The translations under genes were made by a program, and so were the position numbers. A DNA stretch of 64,000 bases from Geopsychrobacteraceae bacterium (GTDB taxonomy: Bacteria; Desulfobacterota; Desulfuromonadia; Desulfuromonadales; Geopsychrobacteraceae). Location: contig CAXXTB010000001.1 in assembly GCA_963676795.2 (NCBI GenBank), forward strand, positions 576,001-640,000, read 5' to 3'. Of this stretch, positions 48,147-58,668 are shown piece after piece. The number at the start of each line of letters is the position of its first letter. The stretch's first letter is position 1. The notes below the pieces were generated by a model, which searched no databases, was not told the DNA's origin, and saw only the letters and a program-made list of their open reading frames with translations.

Positions 48147-49301
48147 TCAATGGCCTGTCAGCGCCTGTTCCAGATCGGCGATCAGATCTTCAGGGTCTTC
48201 GAGGCCGACCGACAGCCGCAACAGGGTTTCATCGATACCGAGTCGGGCACGTTCTGCGGCCGGGATGTCGGCATGGGTCTGGACCGCCGGCAGGGTCATC
48301 AGGGTTTCGACGCCACCCAGGCTCTCAGCAAAACTGATCAGCTCGATCCGGCCCAGGGCTCGGTGGGCCAGTTCCGGGCTGTTGACCCGGAACGAGAGCA
48401 TGCCGCCGAAGTTGTCGCTCTGCTCTTTGGCCAGCGCATGCCCCGGGTGATCTTTCAGTCCCGGATAATAGACCGACGTCACCCGCGGGTGACTGACCAG
48501 CCAGCGGGCAAGGGTTGCCGCACTCTGACAGTGACGCTGCACTCTCAGGCTCAGGGTCTTCAGAGAGCGGATCAGCAGCCAGCAGTCCTGAGGCGGGAGG
48601 ATCCCACCGGTTGAATTCTGCAGGAAATAGAGCTGCTCACCAAGCGCTTTATCGCGGGTGATCAGTGCTCCGGCGCAGAGGTCGCTGTGGCCGCCGAGAT
48701 ACTTGGTCGCCGAGTGAACGACCACGTCGGCACCAAACTCAAGAGGGCGCTGCAGGATCGGGGTCGAGAAGGTATTATCGACGATGAACAGCAGCTTGTG
48801 CCGTCTGCAGAGATCTCCCAGCGCCTTGAGATCGGAGATCCCCAGCAGCGGATTCCCCGGGGTCTCGATCAGCAGGGCTTTGGTTTCCGGCCTGATCGCT
48901 TCAGCAACCTGCGATAGCGAAGTGCTATCGACATAGCTGACGCTGATGGCGAACTTGCTGAAAACCTGGTCGAGGATACGATAGGTCCCGCCATAGAGAT
49001 CCTGGGAAACGACCAGATGATTACCGCTGGAAAAATGGAGCAGCAGAGTGGTCAGGGCGGCCATCCCCGAAGCGAAGGCCAGTCCCCGTGCCCCGCCTTC
49101 CAACTCTGCAAGGGCTTCTTCAAGCACCTGGCGGGTCGGATTGCCACTGCGGGTATAATCGTAACCGGTGCTCTGTCCCGGCGCCGGGTGCGCGTAGGTC
49201 GCGCTCGGGTAGATCGGAAAGCTGATCGCCCCGCTTCTGTCACGGCCGGTGCCGATCTGAACGGCCTTGCTGGTTCGGCTCCAGGTCTGTGTGTCCGACA
49301 T
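48147..49301 (-). CDS. Trans-sulfuration PLP enzyme, probable cystathionine gamma-synthase (MetI/MetB-like)
   Basis: YDYTRSGNPTR, SATKYLGGHSD, FAESLGGVETLMT.PA.QTHADIP. Confidence 0.8.
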   Translation of the reverse strand: MSDTQTWSRTSKAVQIGTGRDRSGAISFPIYPSATYAHPAPGQSTGYDYTRSGNPTRQVLEEALAELEGGARGLAFASGMAALTTLLLHFSSGNHLVVSQDLYGGTYRILDQVFSKFAISVSYVDSTSLSQVAEAIRPETKALLIETPGNPLLGISDLKALGDLCRRHKLLFIVDNTFSTPILQRPLEFGADVVVHSATKYLGGHSDLCAGALITRDKALGEQLYFLQNSTGGILPPQDCWLLIRSLKTLSLRVQRHCQSAATLARWLVSHPRVTSVYYPGLKDHPGHALAKEQSDNFGGMLSFRVNSPELAHRALGRIELISFAESLGGVETLMTLPAVQTHADIPAAERARLGIDETLLRLSVGLEDPEDLIADLEQALTGH

Positions 49302-49342
49302 GCCTGACTCCCTTGTCACAACGGCCTGTCCTGCTACAGGCA

Positions 49343-50296
49343 TCAAACGATGCCTTCAAACAGGACGCTGGTCAGATAACGTTCGCCGGAATCGGGCAGG
49401 ATGACAACGATATTCTTGCCGGCATATTCAGGTTTTGCCGCCAGGCGTGCTGCTACTGCTGCGGCCGCTCCGCAAGAGATCCCCGCGAGAATCCCTTCTT
49501 CTCTGGCCAGACGCCGGGCAAAGTCGATCGCCTCATCATTGCCGACCTGTTCAACCTGATCGACGACGGACAGATCAAGGGTTTCCGGGATGAAGCCTGC
49601 GCCGATCCCCTGGATCTTGTGTGGCCCGGGTTGCAGGTTCTGCCCGTCCAGATGCTGGCTGATGACCGGCGAATCGGTTGGTTCGACGGCTACGGAGTGT
49701 AGAGATTTGCCTTTATCAAGCTCGAAAAACTGGGAAATGCCGCTGATTGTTCCACCGGTACCGACGCCGGAGACCAGGATATCGACGTCTCCGCCGGTTG
49801 CCTCCCAGATCTCAGGTCCGGTTGTGCTGCGATGGATCGCCGGATTGGCCGGGTTCTTGAACTGGTGAAGCAGGATGTAACGCTCCGGATCGCTGGCAGC
49901 CAGTTCTTCCGCGGCGGCGATGGCGCCGCCCATCCCCTTGGCTCCCGGCGTCAGGATCAGGTTGGCGCCGAAGGCCTTGAGCACCTTGCGCCGTTCAATG
50001 CTCATGGTTTCCGGCATGGTCAGGGTGACCGGAATACCGCGAGCGGCTGCAACGAAGGCCAGGGCGATCCCGGTGTTGCCGCTGGTCGGTTCAACGATTT
50101 CGCTTCCCTCTTTGAGTAGCCCTTTTTTTTCGGCATCCCAGATCAGCGCGGCACCAAGGCGGCACTTGACGCTGTAGGCCGGGTTGCGCCCTTCGATTTT
50201 GGCATAGACGTTGGCCCCTTGCGGAACGATCCGGTTCAGTTTGATCAGAGGGGTGTTGCCGATGCTCAGGGAATTGTCTGTATAGATCTGGCTCAT
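49343..50296 (-). CDS. cysK: Cysteine synthase A
   Basis: NPAYSVKCR (PLP Lys), [33 protein letters not shown]. Confidence 0.95.
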   Translation of the reverse strand: MSQIYTDNSLSIGNTPLIKLNRIVPQGANVYAKIEGRNPAYSVKCRLGAALIWDAEKKGLLKEGSEIVEPTSGNTGIALAFVAAARGIPVTLTMPETMSIERRKVLKAFGANLILTPGAKGMGGAIAAAEELAASDPERYILLHQFKNPANPAIHRSTTGPEIWEATGGDVDILVSGVGTGGTISGISQFFELDKGKSLHSVAVEPTDSPVISQHLDGQNLQPGPHKIQGIGAGFIPETLDLSVVDQVEQVGNDEAIDFARRLAREEGILAGISCGAAAAVAARLAAKPEYAGKNIVVILPDSGERYLTSVLFEGIV

Positions 50297-50370
50297 TTTG
50301 AAATGCTCCTTTTTCACAGCTTTGCTATGGAGTCTGTTGCTAAATTTACTGACGTTTTTAGTTTTCGTAA

Positions 50371-50391
50371 ACCCTATTGATTTAGTAGGGT
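50371..50391. promoter_or_regulatory. Rrf2-family (IscR/CymR-like) operator candidate
   Basis: ACCCTATT-gattt-AGTAGGGT palindrome ~75 bp upstream of cysK in an AT-rich promoter. Confidence 0.6.
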
Positions 50392-50551
50392 AATATTTAC
50401 TACAAAAACAGTCAACAAGAAAAATAATAAAAAATTAAATCTACATTTAAATGCAGTGAAAACGAGGGGCGTATTGTTGTGATTATGGTTCGGGGGAACA
50501 GGACAACCAAAAGGGATGAGGGGGGGGAAAGGTGGAGTTCTGGGTTGCTGT

Positions 50552-50770
50552 TCAGGAGCTAATGTGAAGTTCTATGGCGTTGAAGCGACAAGTGTGCAGG
50601 CAGCCACCGCAGCCGGTGCAGAGGTTCTGTTCAACAACGGCAATCTTCCTGCCCCAGCCGGATGGTTGTTCCGTTTCCAGGCTCAGGGCAGCGTTGGAAC
50701 AGGCGGGCAGACAGGCTCCGCAGCCACTGCATCTGTCGCCAATTGTTATGCGTTTTTTGCCTTGATCCAT
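50552..50770 (-). CDS. Small 2x[4Fe-4S] ferredoxin-like protein
   Basis: CSGCGACLPAC and CTGCGGCLHTC; GGGAG RBS. Confidence 0.85.
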   Translation of the reverse strand: MDQGKKRITIGDRCSGCGACLPACSNAALSLETEQPSGWGRKIAVVEQNLCTGCGGCLHTCRFNAIELHISS

Positions 50771-50788
50771 ATCTCTCCCTGCTGCTTG

Positions 50789-51736
50789 TCAGGCGGCGAC
50801 GGCCAGATCGAACTTACCGGCGATTGCCGGGAAGAGGCCGATTGTAGTTGTCGCTTCATAGAGCCGGTCCGGATCGTCCAGGAAGTCGCGCAGGAAGATG
50901 ATTTCCGAAGCTTTGGAGTAGCTGGCAAACGGGTAATCCTGATTGATTCCGAACATCCGGCTGACAATGCTGCAGGGGCTGGCGTTTTTGGGAAACTCTT
51001 TGAGGCGCATGGCCCGGTCAAGCATTTTGCTCAGGTAGAAGAGCAGGCTGTCATCGACGCTGTCAATCGATTCCCGGTGGCCGGGGAGGATGGTCTTGTC
51101 GCGCAACTTGGCCAGGTTGGCCAGGCTCGCACAATAGGCATGATAATTGTTGAAGCGTCTGTTGTTCTGCAGGTCGATATCGAGCAGCGGGGACTGAAAG
51201 ATCTGGCGCAGCATCACGTCGCCGGTGACCGCCCAGCTCTCGCCGCAGATCGCCAGGTCCCCTTGTGAATGACCGGGGCAGGGGAGAATCTTGATGCCGA
51301 GATGGGCCGGGAGCTCCGTTTCAATGATTTTGTAATGTTCGGGAAAGTCCGGATAGACGTTGCCCGGTGTCGTGAGGCAATCCATAAAGATTTTTACGAA
51401 ATTGACATCAAAACCGGCTGCGAGCATCAGTTCGTAAACGCCCTCCAGATGCTCCTTGTGATGGCGCATGCGGATGTGGTCATGCGCCGGCACGTAGATC
51501 GTCGCGTCGCTATGCTGTTCCAGCCAGCGGGCCTGGCCATAATGATCAACGTGGCAATGGGTGATCAGGACATGTTTGAGTCTGCCAAGGTCGAGGTTGT
51601 CATGCAGGTAGTTCCTGGCTTCATCGGTCGGCGGGCCGGTGTCGAACAAAACGAGTTCACCGTCGATCTCAAGGCTGTAGCAGTGAACCGGGCCAACCAG
51701 GTAGGGTGTGTTTATCGTATGCTGTTTTGGGATCAT
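50789..51736 (-). CDS. Metallo-beta-lactamase fold hydrolase
   Basis: FDTG, THCHVDHYG (HxHxDH), PGHS, TGD, PGH. Confidence 0.9.
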   Translation of the reverse strand: MIPKQHTINTPYLVGPVHCYSLEIDGELVLFDTGPPTDEARNYLHDNLDLGRLKHVLITHCHVDHYGQARWLEQHSDATIYVPAHDHIRMRHHKEHLEGVYELMLAAGFDVNFVKIFMDCLTTPGNVYPDFPEHYKIIETELPAHLGIKILPCPGHSQGDLAICGESWAVTGDVMLRQIFQSPLLDIDLQNNRRFNNYHAYCASLANLAKLRDKTILPGHRESIDSVDDSLLFYLSKMLDRAMRLKEFPKNASPCSIVSRMFGINQDYPFASYSKASEIIFLRDFLDDPDRLYEATTTIGLFPAIAGKFDLAVAA

Positions 51737-51775
51737 GTGAATCAGTCTAGCTGAGGAGCTGAATTATTGGAAGTG

Positions 51776-51805
51776 GCGCAGCCTGCTCATATGAGAAGGC
51801 TGCGC
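51776..51805 (-). terminator. Hairpin after the FadL gene
   Basis: gcgcagcct..ctcat/atgag..aggctgcgc; no U-tract. Confidence 0.45.
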
Positions 51806-51812
51806 TTGAAAA

Positions 51813-53141
51813 TCAGAATTTGTAACTGAACTGAACGCTGGCAATATCGACGGAGTTTTCGTAGCTGCCGGAGATATTGCCCATGGTTGTGCTTGTCAGA
51901 TCAAGTTTGGCATCGTTGACAAAAATGTGAACATAGGCAGCATCAAGGGCGATTCGATTGCTGACCTGATAGCCGGCACCAAGAGAGATCCAGATGCGAT
52001 CTTCGCCGGGGATACGTGGCGTGCGGTACTTGTCGGATACCGGTGATTCGTCATAGGCCAAACCGGTGCGCAGGGTCAGGGCTTCTGTTGGCTGGTAGGT
52101 CGCGCCGATGGAATAACGCCAGGTGTCGTTCCAGTGTTCCGGGGTTGTTGATTCTGTGCGTCCCCCGATGACTCCGTCTTCAAAGACGATTGTCATTTCA
52201 TCGAAGCTGCTCCATTGGGTCCAGCTGATATCGGCCATGAGGGCCCATTGCGTGTTGATGCGGTGGAGCAGGCTCAGAGAGGCAGAGGCTGGGAGGGTGA
52301 TATCGCTGCTTATGCTCTCTGCGCTGAATGCAGCAGCATAGGCTGTCATGGTTGTTGGCAGATCTGAGCTGACATCTCCTTTGAGATTATGATCGTATTC
52401 GGAACGGTAGGAGACACCAATGCGGGTTTCAGAGGTGAACTGGTAGATCAGTCCCAGGTTGAAGCCGAAGGCCCAATCATCGCCTGTGTTTTCCACCAGT
52501 ACGTCATAGTCAGTGTCGCTCAGGTTGGCGAGATCGGCTGGATTGTGCGTTATGTTATAAGTGACCAGCCCGCCATCCACCATGCTGGACAGGGTCGCTT
52601 CGATATACTGGGCGCTTATCCCCGCTCCAAAGCTCAGTTTTTCCGTGGCTTGATAGGCGATGGCCGGATTGATGTTTATGGTTTTGACCTCAGATTTCAC
52701 CGCGTGATAACGGCCGACCCAGGTTTTGTCATATTCGGTGGTCAGGCCGAATGGTGCAGTGAGGCCCAGGCCGACAGCCAGTTTTTCATTGATTCTGTTG
52801 CTGTAATAGAGGTTCGGTACAAACCCGGGGCTGCCGGCATCGCCGCCTTCATCGGTGCCGAGGGGGGCACCAAGGATATTGGTTGCACTGTCGAGGTTGA
52901 ATTTTGCCGAAGGCACAACCATATGCACCCCGCCGATCACCTGCTGTCCTTCCAGAAGGGTTAAGCCGGCCGGATTGTAAAAGATTGTCGAAGCGTCTTC
53001 GGCGCTGGCAGCGGCACCGGCAAAGGCGTTGCCGAGTCCGGTGACGGACTGTTCGATCAGGGCGAAGCCTGAAGCGTAGAGGGGGCTGCTGACAGCCAGC
53101 AAGAGGATGGATAGCAGCGTAATCCTGATTTTTACGGTCAT
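51813..53141 (-). CDS. fadL: OmpP1/FadL-family outer membrane channel
   Basis: Signal peptide then SGFALIEQS, GNAFAG, FYNPAG, PFGL; C-terminal Phe. Confidence 0.9.
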   Translation of the reverse strand: MTVKIRITLLSILLLAVSSPLYASGFALIEQSVTGLGNAFAGAAASAEDASTIFYNPAGLTLLEGQQVIGGVHMVVPSAKFNLDSATNILGAPLGTDEGGDAGSPGFVPNLYYSNRINEKLAVGLGLTAPFGLTTEYDKTWVGRYHAVKSEVKTININPAIAYQATEKLSFGAGISAQYIEATLSSMVDGGLVTYNITHNPADLANLSDTDYDVLVENTGDDWAFGFNLGLIYQFTSETRIGVSYRSEYDHNLKGDVSSDLPTTMTAYAAAFSAESISSDITLPASASLSLLHRINTQWALMADISWTQWSSFDEMTIVFEDGVIGGRTESTTPEHWNDTWRYSIGATYQPTEALTLRTGLAYDESPVSDKYRTPRIPGEDRIWISLGAGYQVSNRIALDAAYVHIFVNDAKLDLTSTTMGNISGSYENSVDIASVQFSYKF

Positions 53142-53379
53142 GGCAACTCCTTCGTCGTATCGACAGGGTGGCAGTGAGCAGTCATTGTTGTTACAAAATT
53201 ACGCAGCATCATAAGGTAAAGTTACCTTTGCTACAACACTGCAGTGCTCATATCGGCTGCCCCGGCGCGTCAACTTGACGACCTGCCTTGCTTGACAGCC
53301 ACTAAGTGCTATGCTAACGAAGATCACTTGCCTGCTTGTGCAGTTCCTGATCCATATTTTTTGACAAGGAGAACGTCAA

Positions 53380-54669
53380 ATGAATCGACAGCAATCGGAG
53401 GCTGCGTTCAACGCCGCCAGACAGGTTATACCGGGGGGCGTCAACAGTCCTGTCCGTGCTTTCAAATCTGTGGGTGGGTCGCCCTTGTTCATAGAACGTG
53501 CGGCAGGCAGCAAGATTTACGATATCGACGGCAATGAATATATCGATTACGTCGGCTCATGGGGGCCGATGATCCTTGGTCATTGTCATCCCAAGGTGGT
53601 TGAGGCGATCCAGAAAACGGCAGCCAGTGGTGCTTCCTTCGGAGCGCCGACCCCGCGCGAGACACAGCTTGCCGAACTGGTCTGCGAGGCCTATCCGAAT
53701 ATTGAAAAGGTCCGTATGGTTTCCTCCGGAACCGAAGCGACCATGAGTGCGATCCGGCTGGCCCGCGGTTACACCGGGCGTGACAAGATTCTCAAGTTCG
53801 ACGGCTGTTATCACGGTCATGCCGATTCCCTGCTGGTCAAGGCGGGCAGTGGTGCTGCGACCTACGGGGTGCCGACCTCGCCTGGTGTGCCGGATGATTT
53901 TGCCAAATATACCCTGACCGCGGCCTATAACGATCTCGACGGGGTCAAGCGGATCATGGCCGCCAACCAGGGGGAGGTCGCCTGTATCATCATTGAGCCG
54001 ATTGCCGGCAATATGGGGCTGGTTCCACCGCAGCCCGGTTTTCTGGAAGGACTGCGTGAACTCTGTACGGAAGAAGGGACGCTGCTGGTCATCGATGAGG
54101 TCATGACCGGTTTTCGGGTCGCTTTCGGCGGAGCGCAGGAGCTCTACGGTGTGCGCGGTGATCTGGTGACCCTCGGCAAGATCGTCGGTGGTGGATTGCC
54201 GGTCGGTGCTTTCGGCGGAAAGCAGGAGATCATGGATTGCCTCTCGCCGGAAGGTGGCGTCTACCAGGCCGGAACCCTGTCGGGAAATCCGCTGGCGATG
54301 AGTGCCGGGATCGCGACCCTCGAGCTGCTCAAGGAAGAAGGCTTCTACGCTCAGCTCGAAGAAAAGACGGCCTACCTGGAAAAGGGGCTGCTGCAGGTTG
54401 CCGCAGGCAGTGACGTAGATACCTGCTGGCAGCGTGTCGGCGGGATGTTCTGTACCTATTTCCAGAAAGGGCCGGTGCGCAACTTTGCCGAGGCTTTGGC
54501 GAGCAACTCGGTGCAGTTCGGCCGATTCTTCCGCGCCATGCTTGAGAACGGGGTCAATCTGGCGCCAGCGCAGTTTGAAGCAGGTTTTATGAGTATTGCC
54601 CATTCGCAGGAGGATCTGGATCGAACGATCGAGGCGGCGGACAAGGCATTCAAGTCGTTGAAGGCATAA
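53380..54669 (+). CDS. hemL: Glutamate-1-semialdehyde 2,1-aminomutase
   Basis: [54 protein letters not shown]. Confidence 0.97.
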   Translation: MNRQQSEAAFNAARQVIPGGVNSPVRAFKSVGGSPLFIERAAGSKIYDIDGNEYIDYVGSWGPMILGHCHPKVVEAIQKTAASGASFGAPTPRETQLAELVCEAYPNIEKVRMVSSGTEATMSAIRLARGYTGRDKILKFDGCYHGHADSLLVKAGSGAATYGVPTSPGVPDDFAKYTLTAAYNDLDGVKRIMAANQGEVACIIIEPIAGNMGLVPPQPGFLEGLRELCTEEGTLLVIDEVMTGFRVAFGGAQELYGVRGDLVTLGKIVGGGLPVGAFGGKQEIMDCLSPEGGVYQAGTLSGNPLAMSAGIATLELLKEEGFYAQLEEKTAYLEKGLLQVAAGSDVDTCWQRVGGMFCTYFQKGPVRNFAEALASNSVQFGRFFRAMLENGVNLAPAQFEAGFMSIAHSQEDLDRTIEAADKAFKSLKA

Positions 54670-54769
54670 AATACCATGAAGCGCAATATGCCGGACAAAG
54701 CGATTGACTTGCGAGGATTTGCATGGTAGTAAATGCGGGTTCAAATACCGGAATAAGTGATGCTTCCCG

Positions 54770-55015
54770 ATGAACGAAAATAGACGCGAACTGTTTAAGA
54801 CCCTTGGCTTTATGTCGAGTGCCGGGATCTCTCTCGTTGCGGCCATTCTGATTGGCCTGGCGATGGGCTACTATATCGACAAATGGCTTGATACGCGTCC
54901 GATTTTCACCCTGTTCATGATGGTTATGGGGGTTATTTCCGGATTCCGTAATGTCTATCTGCTGACCAAGCGTGAACTCAAGCGCCAGCAGCAGGAAGAA
55001 GATAATCAGCAATGA
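54770..55015 (+). CDS. atpZ: AtpZ/AtpI-family protein
   Basis: Two TMs, G..IDKWL.T.P motif; first gene of the F0 cluster. Confidence 0.85.
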   Translation: MNENRRELFKTLGFMSSAGISLVAAILIGLAMGYYIDKWLDTRPIFTLFMMVMGVISGFRNVYLLTKRELKRQQQEEDNQQ

Positions 55016-55377
55016 ACGTCAATGACGACCGACTTCTGGCCGAGATGGCCTTGAGGAACTGGTTGATCCTGCTTGTTCTCGTCGCCCTGAGCCTGTTCTG
55101 GAAATCAACATCGGTAACCCTCGGGGTATTGGCGGGTGGTCTGCTGGTCATCTTCAATTACCGCAGCATGGGCAAATCGTTGACGAAGCTGCTCGGTAAT
55201 CCGCAGGCCGCTTCTCAAAAAGGCTTCAAGGTCAATTACCTGTTTCGTCTGGCCTTTATCGCCTGTGCTTTATTTCTGCTTATTGTTCGTGCGAAGGTGC
55301 ACCCGTTGGCTCTGGTGGTCGGCCTTTCGGTGGTCGTCCTGAATATATTTATTACGACAGTCAAGAGACTCTACTGA
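55012..55377 (+). CDS. atpI: ATP synthase protein I
   Basis: 4-TM protein directly upstream of atpB; ATGA overlap. Confidence 0.85.
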   Translation: MNVNDDRLLAEMALRNWLILLVLVALSLFWKSTSVTLGVLAGGLLVIFNYRSMGKSLTKLLGNPQAASQKGFKVNYLFRLAFIACALFLLIVRAKVHPLALVVGLSVVVLNIFITTVKRLY

Positions 55378-55408
55378 CTTAAGAATAAGAAAGATATAGG
55401 AGAGGTTC

Positions 55409-56077
55409 ATGGTACATCCATTTTTATTCCTGCACGGACTCGGTCAAATGCTTCATGTCAACGATGAGGTTATTTACACCTGGCTGGTCATGTTGATCCT
55501 CATTGTTGTCTCTTTTCTGGCAACCCGTGCTATCAAACTGGTTCCCGGTGGCGTGCAGAATTTCATGGAAGCCATCGTCAGCGGTGTCGAGAACCTGATC
55601 GAGGAGACCATGGGCGAAGAAGGCAAAGCTTTCTTCCCGCTGCTCGCGACCCTGGCTCTGTTCATCCTGGTCTGTAACCTGATCGCCCTGATTCCGGGTT
55701 TCTTTCCTCCGACTGCCAAGCTCAACACTAACGTGCCGATGGCTCTGATCGTCTTCTTTGTCACCCACTATGTCGGTGTCAAGAAGCACGGCGCCGGCTA
55801 TCTCAAGCACTTCATGGGGCCGATCCTCTGGCTGGCACCATTGATGTTCATTATTGAAATCATCGGTCACCTGGCTCGTCCGCTGTCTCTGACCTTGCGT
55901 CTTTTCGGTAACATGGCCGGTCACGAGATCGTGCTGATGATCTTCTTCATGCTCGTACCGCTGTTCTGCCCACTGCCGATGATGCTGCTCGGCGTGCTGG
56001 TTGCCTTCATCCAGACCTTTGTTTTTACCCTGCTGGCCATGATCTACATCGCCGGCGCTCTGGAAGAAGCGCACTAA
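55409..56077 (+). CDS. atpB: F0F1 ATP synthase subunit a
   Basis: [32 protein letters not shown]. Confidence 0.97.
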   Translation: MVHPFLFLHGLGQMLHVNDEVIYTWLVMLILIVVSFLATRAIKLVPGGVQNFMEAIVSGVENLIEETMGEEGKAFFPLLATLALFILVCNLIALIPGFFPPTAKLNTNVPMALIVFFVTHYVGVKKHGAGYLKHFMGPILWLAPLMFIIEIIGHLARPLSLTLRLFGNMAGHEIVLMIFFMLVPLFCPLPMMLLGVLVAFIQTFVFTLLAMIYIAGALEEAH

Positions 56078-56177
56078 ATAAAGTTTCTTAGCGCCGCTCA
56101 CAGGGGTGGGCGGCAAGTCCTATACTGTTTAGGAACAATCGACATTATCTGGTTTTAAGAAAAGAAGGAGCAAGGCA

Positions 56178-56450
56178 ATGGAATTTTTCGCATTTTGTAT
56201 GATCGCTGCTGGTATTGGTATGGGCCTGGGTGCTGTTGGTACCGGTATCGGTCAGGGTTTCGCAGTTAAGGGTGCTTGTGAAGGCGTTGCTCGTAACCCA
56301 GGCGCTTCCGGTAAGATCCTGACCACCATGATGATCGGTCTGGCGATGATCGAGTCTCTGGCAATCTACGTTTTCGTTGTTGCTATGATTATCCTCTTCG
56401 CTAACCCATTCACCGAGCAGGTTCTCAACCTGGTTGGCGCTGCTCACTAA
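56178..56450 (+). CDS. atpE: F0F1 ATP synthase subunit c
   Basis: GxGxGxG helix, ARNP loop, IESLAIY. Confidence 0.97.
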   Translation: MEFFAFCMIAAGIGMGLGAVGTGIGQGFAVKGACEGVARNPGASGKILTTMMIGLAMIESLAIYVFVVAMIILFANPFTEQVLNLVGAAH

Positions 56451-56473
56451 ACAGAGCGCTTTCAAAAGGTGTC

Positions 56474-56509
56474 AAAAAGAGGCGGCCAACCGGTCGCCTC
56501 TTTTTTTTT
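56474..56509 (+). terminator. Rho-independent terminator after atpE
   Basis: aaaaagaggcggcc-aacc-ggtcgcctc followed by T9. Confidence 0.9.
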
Positions 56510-56749
56510 GCATGTTACACTTGTCTTGATCTCATTGGTCCGATGTGAATATATCATATGAATATTCTCATTTTTGGTTGCAATCAAAGTATTATAACTG
56601 TAGTGTTTTGATATATTCGTAAAGCTGAATATGGAGATCTGTGTCTCGCCCCCTCGGCCTTGAGTTCTTTCGTACTGCCACGAAATATGCGAAGAGTTCG
56701 GGGAAATATAATGATGTACAGCTTGTATCTTCAGTCAAGGAGCAGATCG

Positions 56750-58615
56750 ATGCGTAAGGTCCTCTTTCTGTCGTTGTTGCTGCTGGTGTCTCTGGGAGTC
56801 TGTCAGGCGTTTGCGGCAAATACCATCTCATCGCCGGAAACCTGTCTGGAGTGTCATGAAGATGTCATCGATGGGGACAGTTTTGTCTCATCGGTCCACG
56901 GCACAAACGGCTGTGTGGCCTGTCATACCGAGCTGACCGACCTTGACGCGCACATGGAAGGCGACCTGATGCCCGGCAAGGTCGACTGCGCACGCTGTCA
57001 CAAGGATGAATTCCGAGACTATTTCGACAGCGTTCACAATATCGTTCATCCCAATATCAATATGGGCTGCAGCTCCTGTCATTCGGATATCCACAGTGTT
57101 CAGACGTTGGCCGCTGACAAGGCTGCCGCCAACGCGACCTGCGCCCAGTGCCATGTCTCCGTTCCTGCGCATTACAAGGACTCTGTCCATGCCCAGGCGA
57201 TTGCCTCCGGAAATATGGATTCTGCAGGCTGTGTCGATTGTCACACTGCTCATAGTGTTCGGTCGCTCGATGACATGGATGCCCGTGAACAGGCGAACTT
57301 CCGTACCGAACCCTGTATGAATTGCCATGCCGACGAAGAGATGATGGCCCGGAATGGCGTCATGACCGTCGCCGTCGGCACCTATCTGGAAAGCTATCAC
57401 GGCAAGAATTTTCACCTCGGCTATCCTGAGAAGGTTGCCGGTTGCGCAGACTGCCATTCGGCGCATGAGGTTCTGCCTCAAGCTGATGAAAAATCATCGA
57501 TCAATATGGCCAATCGGGTTGAAACCTGCGGCAAGTGCCATGAAAACTCATCGGCCCAGTTCGTCAAATTCTATGCCCATGGTGATATGACGGACAAGGA
57601 CAATTATCCGATTCTGTTTTTTACCTATGTGGCCATGACCATTCTGTTGGTCGGGACCTTCGGTGCTTTCTGGCTTCATTCGCTGCTTTGGATGTTCAGG
57701 GGCTTTGTCGAGAATCGTGATAGAAAGAAAGCTCTTGCTGCCGGTGGTGTCGAGCATACGATCGCTAACCCGCACAAGATCTATCGTCGTTTTAAGGGCA
57801 TTCATATCGCCATGCACCTGATGGTTATTACCAGTTTCCTGCTGCTGGCCTTGACCGGCCTGCCGCTCAAGTTTGCCGATCAGGTCTGGGCCAAGGTTCT
57901 GATATCGGTATGGGGCGGAGTAGAAACGGCCGGGATCCTGCACCGCATCGGCGCTGTGATTACCTTTGCCTACTTCACTATGGCGATCGTCATGAGCGCC
58001 AGGTTCCTCTTTAAAAATCTGCAGTATCCGGTTGAGCTGATTCAGCGCCTGTTTGGTCCCGAGTCGCTCTGTCCGAGTATGAGAGATTTGCAGGATGTCA
58101 CCAAGACGGTACGCTGGTTCTTCTTCCTCGGCCCGAAGCCAACCTATGACCGCTGGACCTACTGGGAGAAATTCGATTTCATCGCGGTTTTCTGGGGTAT
58201 GTTCGCCATCGGTGGTTCAGGCCTTTTGCTCTGGTTCCCAGAGTTCTTCGGGACTGCCCTGCCGGGTTGGATCTTCAATGTGGCGACCATCATTCACTCC
58301 GATGAAGCGTTGCTGGCAACCGGTTTTATCTTTACTGTGCACTACTTCAACACCCATGGCCGACCGGAGAAATTCCCAATGGATTTCGTCGTTTTCAACG
58401 GGGAGCTGTCAAAAGAGGAGTTTATCGAAGAGCGCGGTGATCAGTGGAAGCGTTATGAGGAAGCCGGCATCCTCAAGGATTATGAAGTCAAGAGACCGAG
58501 TGGCGCGATATACGACTTTTTCCTCAAGGGCTTCGGGTTCAGCGCCGTACTGATCGGTATTGCGTTGCTTGCCTTGATGATCTATGCCTTCACCCTGGGT
58601 GGCCACCATTTCTAG
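56750..58615 (+). CDS. cbcL: CbcL-like inner-membrane cytochrome (9 c-type hemes plus b-type membrane domain)
   Basis: Signal peptide; 9 CxxCH motifs (CLECH, CVACH, CARCH, CSSCH, CAQCH, CVDCH, CMNCH, CADCH, CGKCH); cytochrome b-type TM domain (LTGLPLKF, HRIGA, YWEKFD, HSDEALLA). Confidence 0.88.
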   Translation: MRKVLFLSLLLLVSLGVCQAFAANTISSPETCLECHEDVIDGDSFVSSVHGTNGCVACHTELTDLDAHMEGDLMPGKVDCARCHKDEFRDYFDSVHNIVHPNINMGCSSCHSDIHSVQTLAADKAAANATCAQCHVSVPAHYKDSVHAQAIASGNMDSAGCVDCHTAHSVRSLDDMDAREQANFRTEPCMNCHADEEMMARNGVMTVAVGTYLESYHGKNFHLGYPEKVAGCADCHSAHEVLPQADEKSSINMANRVETCGKCHENSSAQFVKFYAHGDMTDKDNYPILFFTYVAMTILLVGTFGAFWLHSLLWMFRGFVENRDRKKALAAGGVEHTIANPHKIYRRFKGIHIAMHLMVITSFLLLALTGLPLKFADQVWAKVLISVWGGVETAGILHRIGAVITFAYFTMAIVMSARFLFKNLQYPVELIQRLFGPESLCPSMRDLQDVTKTVRWFFFLGPKPTYDRWTYWEKFDFIAVFWGMFAIGGSGLLLWFPEFFGTALPGWIFNVATIIHSDEALLATGFIFTVHYFNTHGRPEKFPMDFVVFNGELSKEEFIEERGDQWKRYEEAGILKDYEVKRPSGAIYDFFLKGFGFSAVLIGIALLALMIYAFTLGGHHF

Positions 58616-58668
58616 CGTTGGGATCCGGCAAGAGGCTGCACAACGCAGCTTCTTGCCGGAATGATGAC

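Noticed and set aside
54724..54752. tRNA-like GGTTCAAAT sequence
   Set aside because: No cloverleaf or acceptor stem; it lies in the atpZ promoter region.
54770..56450. ATP synthase cluster lacking atpFHAGDC as a sign of degeneration
   Set aside because: A split atp operon is normal in this lineage, and a strong terminator follows atpE.
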